Positions 8,491 to 17,220 of a stretch of 54,826 nt of DNA are shown here, piece after piece; the first letter of the stretch is position 1; every line of letters starts with the position of its first letter. Source of the stretch: Candidatus Choladousia intestinigallinarum. Its GTDB lineage: Bacteria; Bacillota; Clostridia; Lachnospirales; Lachnospiraceae. The notes under the pieces are model-generated. The model was not told the DNA's origin. It did no database searches and worked only from the letters and a program-made list of their open reading frames with translations. The stretch covers positions 1-54,826 of the forward strand of contig DVGR01000075.1 of the NCBI GenBank assembly GCA_018712605.1. The letters are read 5' to 3'. The translations under genes and the position numbers were made by a program.

Positions 8491-8512
8491 TGCCGCAAAT
8501 TGATGCAGCAGT
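8481..8512 (-). terminator. Intrinsic terminator downstream of the small ORF
   Basis: Minus strand ACTGCTGCA-TCAATT-TGCGGCAGT-TTTTTTT; the G-U pair works only on the minus strand. Confidence 0.75.
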
Positions 8513-8552
8513 CCTGATTTCTCTTTTACCTTTCCCAGCACGGAAATTCTGG

Positions 8553-8672
8553 CTATCTGTCCGCTCTTACCCGCACAGGCTTCAATACTCCAAGCCTTAC
8601 GAAAAGCTTCTGCAGCAGGATACCTGCCGTGCTGTTGCTGGTTGCGATTCTATATAATATATCACTACTCAT
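8553..8672 (-). CDS. Unannotated small protein (39 aa; 45 aa if started at ATG 8690)
   Basis: SD AAAGGAG before the ATG; MSSDILYRIATSNSTAGILLQKLFVRLGVLKPVRVRADR*; upstream TACACA-17-TATAAT promoter (8741-8713) and downstream terminator. Confidence 0.6.
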   Translation of the reverse strand: MSSDILYRIATSNSTAGILLQKLFVRLGVLKPVRVRADR

Positions 8673-8924
8673 GGTTATACTCCTTTCCATACACATCTCC
8701 TGTGACAAGGATATTATAACCGACTCTCCCTAATCTGTGTAGTGAAACTTTTGTGAATTTTATAAATTGAATGTACGATTATAAAAATACTATAAACTTT
8801 CCAGGAAAAATTTCTGCGGCTCAATCTGCAATCTTTTCTATCATACTACCTGAACCGTAAAAAATCCAGCTTTTTCTGCTGTATCAAAGCCGCAGAAGCA
8901 ACTATTCGTGAATCACGTTCTTAC

Positions 8925-8983
8925 GCTGCCCGACAGCAAGTGTCGGGCAGCTGTGTGAACAGTAACCTATTCGTTACTGTTCA
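8925..8983. repeat. Double hairpin at the 3' end of the GH13 gene (REP-like or terminator)
   Basis: GCTGCCCGACA/TGTCGGGCAGC (8925-8951) and TGAACAGTAAC/GTTACTGTTCA (8956-8983). Confidence 0.6.
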
Positions 8984-10674
8984 GCCTGCAGTGACAGAAC
9001 TGCTCCCTGGCAGCTTCCCAGAGTCAGCTTTCTCTTCTCCTGAATCTCCTTCTCAAGGCATGTCTCTTTCTCCTCATTGGAAAGGAGAACTCGATCCAGC
9101 GATTCCTTGATCTCCAAAGTCACAGGCTCTTTTCCATAATTGGCTGCCACCAGGACTTTTTTCCCTGATTCTGCTATACGGTAGTAAGCAAACACCGTCT
9201 CTGTGTCCTCATAAGCCGGCACAAATTCTCCATATGTAAAGGTCTCCCGATACTCTTCCGACTTCCGCAGAGAGATCAGCTTTCTGTAATAGGCCAGGAC
9301 GGAATCCTCTCTTCCTTCCTGTTCTTCTACATTGATCTCCTTATAGTTGGGGTTCACTGTAAGCCAGGGAGTGCCGGAAGTAAAGCCTGCATTAGCACCG
9401 CCGCTCCACTGCATGGGGGTCCTGGCGTTGTCCCGGCTGTTGTCATAGCACACCTTCATTGCCTGTTCCCTGGTAAGCCCCGCCTGCAATGCCTTCTGGT
9501 ACTGATCCTTCGTGTTGATATCGTCATACAGGGAGACGTCGGGACATTCCCAGTTTGTCATCCCAATCTCCTGTCCCTGATACAGGAAAGGAAGGCCCCG
9601 AAGCAGAAGAGTCGTAGTCGCTAAAAGCTTTTTCCCTGCTTCGTTCCGGGCATAATCCGGCAGATAGCGGCTGGCGCCTCTTGCCTCATCGTGATTCTCA
9701 ATAATATTTGCCTTAAATCCCACTTTCTGCCCTTCGATCTGGGAAGCAAAGAGGGTCTGGCGCCACTCTTTAAATTCTACAGGCCTGCTGTCATACCAGC
9801 CATGCTCCCCGCTGCCCAGCTCGTGGGCGCTGAAATCAAAGATCGTGGAAAAATGCCCGTTCTCTCCGATAAATTCATCCAGAGCGCCTTTCTTCATGTT
9901 AAAAACCTCTCCCACTGTAAAAGCATGGTGCTTTTGGAAGGTCTCTCTTTTCATTTCCTCCAGGAATTCATCTACCCCTTCTACACTTTCCACCATTTTT
10001 GTACAGTGAACCAGTCCGTCTTCCCCGTCAGGGGCATAGCTGGGGAAGTTTATGTCCTTTTTAATATTGATAATGGCATCAATTCTGAACCCTGCCAGCC
10101 CTTTATCCAGCCACCAGTTTATCATTTTATAAATTTCCTGGCGAACCTCTGGGTTCTCCCAGTTCAGATCCGGCTGCTCCTTGGCAAAGAAGTGCAGGTA
10201 ATAAAGATCCGTTCCAGGAACCGGCTCCCAGGTACTTCCGCCAAAATAAGAGCGGTAATTGCTTGGAGCTTTTCCATCCTTGCCTTTTCTGAAATAGAAA
10301 TAATTGCCATAGGGACCATAGGGATCCTTCAGGGCCTTTTGAAACCATTCATGCTGGTCTGAGCAGTGGTTCACCACCAGATCCATGACCAGATACATAT
10401 CTCTTTTCTTAGTTTCCTCTAAAAGCCGGTCGAATTCTTCCATGGTGCCGAATTCTTCCCCGATTTTATAATAATCTGAAATATCGTAGCCCTGGTCTAC
10501 AAAAGGCGATTGGTAAATAGGCGAAAGCCAAAGGATGTCAATCCCCAGGTCTTTTAAATAATCCAGCTTTGAAAGAATTCCCTGAATATCTCCGATGCCG
10601 TCGCCATTCGCATCCATAAAGCTCTTGGGGTAAATCTGATAGGCCACCTTGTCATGCCACCACTGTTTTTTCAT
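8974..10674 (-). CDS. GH13 alpha-glucosidase / oligo-1,6-glucosidase
   Basis: YQIYPKSFMD, GYDISDY, DLVVNH, GFRIDA (nucleophile), VGE, ENHD and SRDNARTPMQW motifs. Confidence 0.95.
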   Translation of the reverse strand: MKKQWWHDKVAYQIYPKSFMDANGDGIGDIQGILSKLDYLKDLGIDILWLSPIYQSPFVDQGYDISDYYKIGEEFGTMEEFDRLLEETKKRDMYLVMDLVVNHCSDQHEWFQKALKDPYGPYGNYFYFRKGKDGKAPSNYRSYFGGSTWEPVPGTDLYYLHFFAKEQPDLNWENPEVRQEIYKMINWWLDKGLAGFRIDAIINIKKDINFPSYAPDGEDGLVHCTKMVESVEGVDEFLEEMKRETFQKHHAFTVGEVFNMKKGALDEFIGENGHFSTIFDFSAHELGSGEHGWYDSRPVEFKEWRQTLFASQIEGQKVGFKANIIENHDEARGASRYLPDYARNEAGKKLLATTTLLLRGLPFLYQGQEIGMTNWECPDVSLYDDINTKDQYQKALQAGLTREQAMKVCYDNSRDNARTPMQWSGGANAGFTSGTPWLTVNPNYKEINVEEQEGREDSVLAYYRKLISLRKSEEYRETFTYGEFVPAYEDTETVFAYYRIAESGKKVLVAANYGKEPVTLEIKESLDRVLLSNEEKETCLEKEIQEKRKLTLGSCQGAVLSLQAEQ

Positions 10675-10803
10675 GTCTTTTTCGTCCTTTCTGATTGCCT
10701 TTCTTGTAGGATACTGTTATTATATGAGCATATACATAAATTATCTTGCACTATATTTTCATTTTATAGTACAATCCTGCTCTTCCAGAAAGGAGACTTA
10801 AAA

Positions 10804-11721
10804 ATGGGCAAACATTCCCTGGCTTTGGAACAAAAAGAAAATACAAGGCATGGAGAGCAGATGTTTCCCCTGAAAAAATACCTCACAAGACTGAATCTGG
10901 ACTTTCCAGCCGTAATGCCCCACTGGCACGAGGAAGCGGAATTTACCATGATCACCGGAGGAAGCTGCCTGTACCGGATCCACCTGGAAACCTACCATGC
11001 AAACCCCGGAGATCTGCTCTTTATTCCTCCCCTTATGCTGCACTCCATCGAAAATACCAGCTCCCTTTCCATGCGTTCTGAGACGTACGTGTTTCACCTG
11101 AATTTTCTTGGAGCCAATGCCGGGGACATATGCACAGCCAGGTACTTTGCTCCTATGGGAAATCAGGAATTTATTCTCCCCTTTTTGATCTCCAAAGAGC
11201 ATCCGGCTTATCCCTCTCTTATGAAAATTTTCTGTGCGATCAGCCAGACGTACCAAAGCCGCCCTTTTGGATATGAGCTTATGCTCCGCTCCCTGTTTCT
11301 TGAGCTTCTGGTGTCTCTGCTGCCTTATCGGCGTACAGAAAAAAATGTTCCGCCTCTTCAGACGGAACATTCTGAAAAACTGAAAACTGTACTGGAATAC
11401 ATTGGCCGCCATTACAGCGAAGACCTCTCCATAGGCGATCTTGCCTCCCTGTGCTATTTCAGTGAATACCATTTTATGCGTTTTTTCAAAAAGCATGTGG
11501 GGATGACATGCCTGAACTATATTAAGAATCTGCGTCTTGAGAAAGCCGCCGCTCTGCTGCTGGCCGGAGAGGGTTCCCCGCTGGAGGTGTCTCTTGCTGC
11601 AGGTTTCAACAATCTCTCCTACTTTCACAGAGAATTCAAGAAAAAATATGGGATGACTCCCCGGGAATTCATAAATTCTCCCGATACGGCTCACTTTTCC
11701 CCGGATCTTCCCCTCTCTTAG
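10804..11721 (+). CDS. AraC-family transcriptional regulator (cupin + HTH)
   Basis: PHWHEEAE cupin; C-terminal GFNNLSYFHREFKKKYGMTP; SD AAAGGAG before ATG 10804; divergent from the GH13 gene. Confidence 0.93.
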   Translation: MGKHSLALEQKENTRHGEQMFPLKKYLTRLNLDFPAVMPHWHEEAEFTMITGGSCLYRIHLETYHANPGDLLFIPPLMLHSIENTSSLSMRSETYVFHLNFLGANAGDICTARYFAPMGNQEFILPFLISKEHPAYPSLMKIFCAISQTYQSRPFGYELMLRSLFLELLVSLLPYRRTEKNVPPLQTEHSEKLKTVLEYIGRHYSEDLSIGDLASLCYFSEYHFMRFFKKHVGMTCLNYIKNLRLEKAAALLLAGEGSPLEVSLAAGFNNLSYFHREFKKKYGMTPREFINSPDTAHFSPDLPLS

Positions 11722-11745
11722 CTTTTTCTCTGCCCTTTGAGATCA

Positions 11746-13629
11746 TCACTGTCTCTGACGCCAGGTAAGAAGGAAAGCGGAATTTACGATCACCAGCACC
11801 GAGCCGGCGTTATGTACCAGAGCGCCCACCACAGGATTTAAAACTCCGGTAATAGCCAGAACAATAGCCAGAAAATTCAGCCCCATAGAAAAGGTAAGGT
11901 TGCATTTTATGGTCAGCATCATCTTTCGGGACATAGCAATCAGGTGGGGGAGTTCCCGGACTTCGTCGTCCACCAGGGCAATATCTGCTGCCTCCACGGC
12001 AATATCACTTCCTATGCCTCCCATGGCAATCCCCACGTCTGACTTCTTCAGCGCAGGTGCATCGTTGATGCCGTCGCCCATCATGCAGACTGTCTCACCC
12101 ATTTCCTGGTACTTTCCAATCCAATTCAGTTTATCTTCAGGGAGACATCCTGCATGGATCTCCCGAATCTCAATGCTCCCTCCTATGGCCTGCGCCGCCT
12201 TTTCATTGTCTCCTGTCAAAAGGACAGGTTCCACCTTCATTTCCTTCAGCCGCCCAATCATCTCCCTGCTTTCCGCCCGCAGGGTGTCAGACAGCATAAG
12301 ATATCCGGCCATTTGGCCGTTTACAGACAGATAAATCACCGTTCCCCCCTGATTTAAACAGCCCTGAATGTCCTTTTGGGCCTGCTGCGGCACAGCGATC
12401 CCGGCTTCTTCCAGCATCTTACGGCTGCCCGCCATAAGTTTCTTCCCCTTCACCGTGCAGGAAACGCCCCTTCCGGGAAGCATCTGGAAATTTTCCGCTT
12501 CCCCCAGGGCTTTTGAATCCCTCTGCCTGCTGCAGCGCACCACCGCCTTGCCCAGAGGATGTTCTGAGAGCTGCTCGGCAGCGGCGCACAGCCTTAAAAT
12601 CTCCTGGTCGCTGTAATCCTCCAAAACGCTTCTTGTCTCTGTCACCTCCGGGATTCCGCAGGTCAGGGTACCCGTCTTGTCAAAGGTAATCCTGGTCACC
12701 TTCGCCAGCCGCTCCAGGGCATCCCCTTCCCGCACCAAAAATCCATGTTTGGTGGCGTTCCCTATGGCCGCCATGATGGCCGTAGGCGTGGCCAGCACTA
12801 AAGCACAGGGACAGAAGACTACCAGAATCGTAACGCCACGAATCACCTCTCCGGTGGCAAGCCAGGTAAGAAGCGCTGCGGATAAAGCGATGACCACAAT
12901 CCAAGTAGCCCACCGGTCGGCCAGCCCTACAATCTTCGCCTTGCCGGCATCGGCAGACTGAACCAGGCGGATCATCCGCTGAATCGAGCTGTCCTCCCCC
13001 ACCTTTGCGGCTTTCATCTCAAATGCGCCAAACTGGTTGACGGTGCCGCTGGACACCTGGTCTCCCGGCCCCTTGTCCACCGGAAGAGACTCTCCAGTCA
13101 TAACCGCCTGGTTGACAGACGTCTGCCCCAGAAGGATCTCACCGTCTACAGGAACCGTTTCTCCTGGCAGCACCCGGAGGATTTCCCCGACTTTAATCTC
13201 CTGGGCGGGTACGATCTCCTCCCGTCCATTTTTCAGCAGCCTGGCTGTCTGCGGCGTCAAATGAACCAATTTCTCAATCCCGGCTCTGGCCTTGGCAACC
13301 GTAAGATCCTCCAGCAAGGCTCCAAGCTGCATAATGAACGCCACCTCTCCTGCAGCAAAGTCCTCACCGATGCAGACGGAAGCGATCAGAGCCAACGAAA
13401 CCAGAACGTCCGCCTTTATGTCGAAAGCGGTAACCAGTCCCACAAAGGCTTCCAGAATAATGGGAATCCCGCATAAAAGAATAGCAACCCATGCTGCGTT
13501 AAAAGGCAGGGGCAGCAAATCAAAAATACTGATCAGCAGGGCAATGCCTGAAAGAATCAACAGGACAATCTCCCTTTTTGTCCCGCCAATCTCCAAAAAT
13601 TCTTCTATTTTTCCCACGGCTCGCTTCAT
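11746..13629 (-). CDS. Heavy-metal P1B-type ATPase without an N-terminal CxxC domain
   Basis: TGES, CPCALVLATP, DKTGT, SEHPL and GDGINDAP motifs; last TM carries HNAGS. Confidence 0.93.
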   Translation of the reverse strand: MKRAVGKIEEFLEIGGTKREIVLLILSGIALLISIFDLLPLPFNAAWVAILLCGIPIILEAFVGLVTAFDIKADVLVSLALIASVCIGEDFAAGEVAFIMQLGALLEDLTVAKARAGIEKLVHLTPQTARLLKNGREEIVPAQEIKVGEILRVLPGETVPVDGEILLGQTSVNQAVMTGESLPVDKGPGDQVSSGTVNQFGAFEMKAAKVGEDSSIQRMIRLVQSADAGKAKIVGLADRWATWIVVIALSAALLTWLATGEVIRGVTILVVFCPCALVLATPTAIMAAIGNATKHGFLVREGDALERLAKVTRITFDKTGTLTCGIPEVTETRSVLEDYSDQEILRLCAAAEQLSEHPLGKAVVRCSRQRDSKALGEAENFQMLPGRGVSCTVKGKKLMAGSRKMLEEAGIAVPQQAQKDIQGCLNQGGTVIYLSVNGQMAGYLMLSDTLRAESREMIGRLKEMKVEPVLLTGDNEKAAQAIGGSIEIREIHAGCLPEDKLNWIGKYQEMGETVCMMGDGINDAPALKKSDVGIAMGGIGSDIAVEAADIALVDDEVRELPHLIAMSRKMMLTIKCNLTFSMGLNFLAIVLAITGVLNPVVGALVHNAGSVLVIVNSAFLLTWRQRQ

Positions 13630-13671
13630 TCTTCTCCTCCTGCACGAATCTTTCTATAAGCATCTGCAAAA

Positions 13672-13701
13672 ATTATACCTATAGGGGTATAGGTTTGTCA
13701 A
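13672..13701 (-). promoter_or_regulatory. Sigma-A promoter of the P1B-ATPase with overlapping CsoR-type operator
   Basis: Minus strand TTGACA (13701-13696)-18 nt-TATAAT (13677-13672); operator TATACCTATAGGGGTATA at 13674-13691. Confidence 0.8.
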
Positions 13702-13705
13702 GGAG

Positions 13706-13745
13706 AAAAAAACAGCTTAGCGCCAATATTCCCCAACGCTAAGCT
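13706..13745 (-). terminator. Terminator after the CsoR-family gene
   Basis: AGCTTAGCG/CGCTAAGCT stem followed by a T run on the minus strand. Confidence 0.6.
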
Positions 13746-13761
13746 TAAAATCAAATCATTT

Positions 13762-14037
13762 TTATTTCATGTTTGCAAACCGCTCCACGGCCTTTGTGAA
13801 GCTTTCAATGGTTTTGTCTGGATCTCCATGCTCAATACCATCCCTGACGCAATGCTTAATATGTCCTTCCAAAACCACCTGTCCAACTTTATGCAGGGCA
13901 GACTTGGCCGCATTAATCTGCGCAAGAATATCTTCACAGGGAACATCCTCATCCACCATTCTGTCAATGGCCTGCACCTGTCCGATGATTTTTTTCAGCC
14001 TGCGGTGCAGATTATCCGCATCCATACATTGTCTCAT
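13762..14037 (-). CDS. CsoR/RcnR-family metal-sensing repressor
   Basis: RLKKIIGQVQAI..PCEDILAQINAAKSAL..GHIKHC pattern; SD GGAGG 8 nt before ATG 14037. Confidence 0.9.
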   Translation of the reverse strand: MRQCMDADNLHRRLKKIIGQVQAIDRMVDEDVPCEDILAQINAAKSALHKVGQVVLEGHIKHCVRDGIEHGDPDKTIESFTKAVERFANMK

Positions 14038-14079
14038 TTCCATTCCTCCCGTTCTCTGCTGCATTCACTCTTCCTTATG

Positions 14080-15447
14080 TCAAGTTTTGCTTTGTCCCAG
14101 CTTTTTTCTCATCCAGAAATACCCCGGTACCAGAATAAAATCCGCTCCCAGCCAAGCCAGCACCTCTGCGAAAAAAATCCCTTCCGAACCAAAGAGCCAA
14201 GTAAAAAGCAAAGCAGTGCCTGTGCGCATGAAAAATTCAGCAAACCCGGATACCATGGGAAGCAAAGTGTTTCCCATCCCCTGAATACAGCTTTTGGCAA
14301 CATGCAATATGTACAAAATAGGCAGACAGACGCTCATAATAGACAGATAGTGATAGGCGATTTCTAAAGCCTCTGCCCCTTCCTTCCCGCTAGACGTAAT
14401 AAAGCAGCCCAGAATCAGCCGTCCGAAAAGCAGCATAAGGGCCGCAATGATCAAAGATGTAATCATGGAAATCACAGTCCCTGCCTTCGCTCCCTTGGAA
14501 ATCCTCTCATATTCCCCTGCACCCATATTCTGCCCCGTGTAGGTGGTCATGGCATATCCGTAAGAAATAGCGGCGGTCTCCAGAAGCCCGTACAATTTAT
14601 TAGTAGCTGTAAACCCGGCAATAAATACAACCCCCAGTCCGTTTACTACCGTCTGGACAATCATTCCTCCCACAGAGATCACCATATTCTGAAAAGCCAT
14701 AGGCATTCCCAGGTACAGAAGGCGGAAATTTAATTCTCTGCTCATACGGAAATCTTCTTTGGAAAGACGCAGAATCCGTATTTTCCTGATGTGAAAAACA
14801 CAGTACACCACAGATAAAAGCTGTGCAATCACGGTGGCCAGGGCCGCTCCCATAACCCCCATGTCCGTCCCCATAACAAGCACCAGATCCAGCACTACAT
14901 TTGTCACAGCCGCCACGATCATAGCCAGAAGAGGCGTCTTCCCGTCTCCCAGAGCCCTGAGGATGGAAGCGGCCAAATTATACGCCATCACCACCGGAAT
15001 TCCCGCAAACAGCACCCGCAGATAAGCCATGGAGATCGGCTTTATCTCCTTGGGCGTATGAAGAAGGCTCAGGACAAAATCCGCCGTCCCCTGCCCCGCC
15101 GCAGTAAGAATTACAGCTGCCGCCGCTGACAGAACCACAGAAGCCGCCACCGCTTTTCTCAAGGCGTCCTCCTGCCTGGCCCCGTATTTCTGGGCCATGA
15201 AAATCCCAACTCCCTGGGCCAGACCCTGAATCACTCCTAATACCAGCCAGTTCAGCCACTCCACTGCTCCCAGGGCCGCCAGAGCATCCACGCCAAGCAC
15301 CTTTCCCACAATGGCAGTATCCACCACCGTATAGAGCTGCTGAAAAAGATTCCCTGCCATCAGCGGCAGAGAAAAAAGCAGAAGCAGGGAAAAGGGATTC
15401 CCCTCTGTCATTTTTTTCAAACTCTGCTCTCCTTTAACATTCGTCAT
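14080..15447 (-). CDS. MATE-family efflux transporter
   Basis: GNLFQQLYTVVDTAIVG, LRALGDGKTP, GQNMGAG motifs; about 12 hydrophobic segments. Confidence 0.94.
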   Translation of the reverse strand: MTNVKGEQSLKKMTEGNPFSLLLLFSLPLMAGNLFQQLYTVVDTAIVGKVLGVDALAALGAVEWLNWLVLGVIQGLAQGVGIFMAQKYGARQEDALRKAVAASVVLSAAAAVILTAAGQGTADFVLSLLHTPKEIKPISMAYLRVLFAGIPVVMAYNLAASILRALGDGKTPLLAMIVAAVTNVVLDLVLVMGTDMGVMGAALATVIAQLLSVVYCVFHIRKIRILRLSKEDFRMSRELNFRLLYLGMPMAFQNMVISVGGMIVQTVVNGLGVVFIAGFTATNKLYGLLETAAISYGYAMTTYTGQNMGAGEYERISKGAKAGTVISMITSLIIAALMLLFGRLILGCFITSSGKEGAEALEIAYHYLSIMSVCLPILYILHVAKSCIQGMGNTLLPMVSGFAEFFMRTGTALLFTWLFGSEGIFFAEVLAWLGADFILVPGYFWMRKKLGQSKT

Positions 15448-15546
15448 TTTGTATCTTCCCTCTCTTTTTTCCCATGTTCTGCTTATTTTATCACATTCCT
15501 CTAATATTTCAAAAGACTAAAATGTATAAATATTACCAAAAATTTA

Positions 15547-15575
15547 TTTACTTTGCCCCTTTAAACTGTTATAAT
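15547..15575 (+). promoter_or_regulatory. Sigma-A promoter upstream of the phenylacetate-CoA ligase leader
   Basis: TTTACT-17 nt-TATAAT with extended -10 TG at 15567-15568. Confidence 0.7.
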
Positions 15576-15579
15576 TTCT

Positions 15580-15841
15580 TATAAGTCCAGTCTCAAAGCA
15601 GGGACTCATGGACTGCTCGCAGGCCATGAAGGCCATGCTTTCGAGACGACAACAGGGATGAGGAAGGAAGGCGGCAGCCTGGATTCCGAATGCCTGTTAG
15701 GATTTCGGGAGTGCGCAGCACGGAGAAATCCGGGGACTTATATTTAATACTGAAGTCCCCTCAAAAGTCCCCTCAAAGCAGGGACTCATGGACTGCTCGC
15801 AGGCCATGAAGGCCATGCAGTCCATGCTTTCGAGACGACAA
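15580..15841 (+). repeat. Structured, internally duplicated leader element
   Basis: Identical 47-bp direct repeat at 15592-15638 and 15772-15818, each followed by TTTCGAGACGACAA; terminal TATAAGTCC/GGACTTATA inverted repeat; 12-bp tandem duplication at 15753-15776. Confidence 0.9.
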
Positions 15842-15877
15842 TGGGTAGATAAAACATTTGAAAGGATGATGAATACG

Positions 15878-17185
15878 ATGGAACATTATTACCAGCCGGA
15901 AATTGAATGTGCCTCCCAGGAGCAGATCAGGGCATGGCAGGATGAACGGCTTGTAAAACAGGTACAGAATGTATGGGACAACGTGCCTTATTACCGAAAA
16001 AAAATGGAAGAAAAGGGAGTCACACCCGCAGATATCAAATCTGCCGCTGATCTGCACAAACTCCCCTTCCTGACCAAGGACGACCTGCGGGAAGCTTATC
16101 CCTATGGCCTCCTGGCAAGGCCTCTTGAGGACTGTGTCCGTATCCAGTCCACCAGCGGCACCACAGGCCGCCGTGTTGTTGCCTTTTACACCCAGCATGA
16201 TATTGATCTCTGGGATGAATGCTGTGCCCGGGCTATTATGGCTGCCGGCGGAACCAATAAGGATGTCTGCCATGTATGCTACGGCTACGGTCTGTTTACC
16301 GGAGGCCCCGGATTGAACGGCGGTTCCCACAAGGTGGGCTGCCTGACGCTTCCTATGTCTTCCGGAAATACTGAGCGACAGATTCAGTTCATGTGCGATC
16401 TGGGTTCCACCATTCTCTGCTGCACTCCTTCTTACGCCGCCTATCTGGCTGAGAGTATCATTGAGAGGGGCGTCCGTGACAAAATCAAGCTGAAAGCCGG
16501 CATTTTCGGCGCAGAGGCATGGACGGAAGAGATGCGGCATGATATTGATGAGAAGCTTGGGATCAAGGCATACGATATCTATGGCCTTACAGAGATTTCA
16601 GGGCCTGGTGTTTCCTTTGAATGCAGCGCTCAGACAGGTATGCATATCAATGAGGACCATTTCATTGCGGAAATTATCAATCCCCAGACCGGCGAAGTTC
16701 TTCCCGATGGAGAAAAGGGCGAGCTGGTATTTACCAGTATTACCAAAGAAGCTTTCCCCCTGCTAAGGTACCGCACCAGAGATATCTGCGTGCTGACCCG
16801 GGAAAAATGTTCCTGCGGAAGGACTCACGTAAAAATGAGCAAGCCTATGGGCCGGAGCGATGATATGCTGATCGTGAAGGGCGTCAATGTATTCCCGTCC
16901 CAGATCGAAACAGTTCTTATGAATAAGGGTTATCCTGCAAACTACCAGATCCTGGTAGATCGCGTAAACAACAGCGATACCATTGAAGTTCAGGTGGAAA
17001 TGACACCGGAGATGTTCTCCGACAGCATCAGCCAGGTTACTGCAAAGGAAAGAGAGCTGGTGGCAGATCTCAAGGCAATGCTTGGCATTTACGCCCAGGT
17101 GAAGCTGGTGGCTCCCAAGACGATTACCCGCAGCGAGGGCAAGGCTGTCCGGGTTATTGACAAGCGAAACCTTTATAAAAACTGA
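15878..17185 (+). CDS. paaK: Phenylacetate--CoA ligase family protein
   Basis: STSGTTG, YGYGLFTGG, GAEAW, DIYGLTE, LRYRTRD, GRSDDMLIVKGVNVFPSQIE and GKAVRVID motifs; start set at MEHYYQPE. Confidence 0.92.
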   Translation: MEHYYQPEIECASQEQIRAWQDERLVKQVQNVWDNVPYYRKKMEEKGVTPADIKSAADLHKLPFLTKDDLREAYPYGLLARPLEDCVRIQSTSGTTGRRVVAFYTQHDIDLWDECCARAIMAAGGTNKDVCHVCYGYGLFTGGPGLNGGSHKVGCLTLPMSSGNTERQIQFMCDLGSTILCCTPSYAAYLAESIIERGVRDKIKLKAGIFGAEAWTEEMRHDIDEKLGIKAYDIYGLTEISGPGVSFECSAQTGMHINEDHFIAEIINPQTGEVLPDGEKGELVFTSITKEAFPLLRYRTRDICVLTREKCSCGRTHVKMSKPMGRSDDMLIVKGVNVFPSQIETVLMNKGYPANYQILVDRVNNSDTIEVQVEMTPEMFSDSISQVTAKERELVADLKAMLGIYAQVKLVAPKTITRSEGKAVRVIDKRNLYKN

Positions 17186-17220
17186 TTTAAATTAATTTGA
17201 AACTGGAAAGGAGACTGAAG

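Noticed and set aside
10654-10803. N-terminal extensions in the ORF track (AraC, paaK, pstS, murE, nitroreductase, kinase at 40728, permease, CLC)
   Set aside because: Downstream ATGs have clear SD sequences and match family N-termini; the extensions overlap neighbours or regulatory DNA.
15592-15841. 47-bp direct repeats as a mini-CRISPR, T-box or known riboswitch
   Set aside because: Only two copies with a long structured spacer; no T-box GGTGGNACC, hammerhead CTGATGA core or other recognised aptamer consensus.
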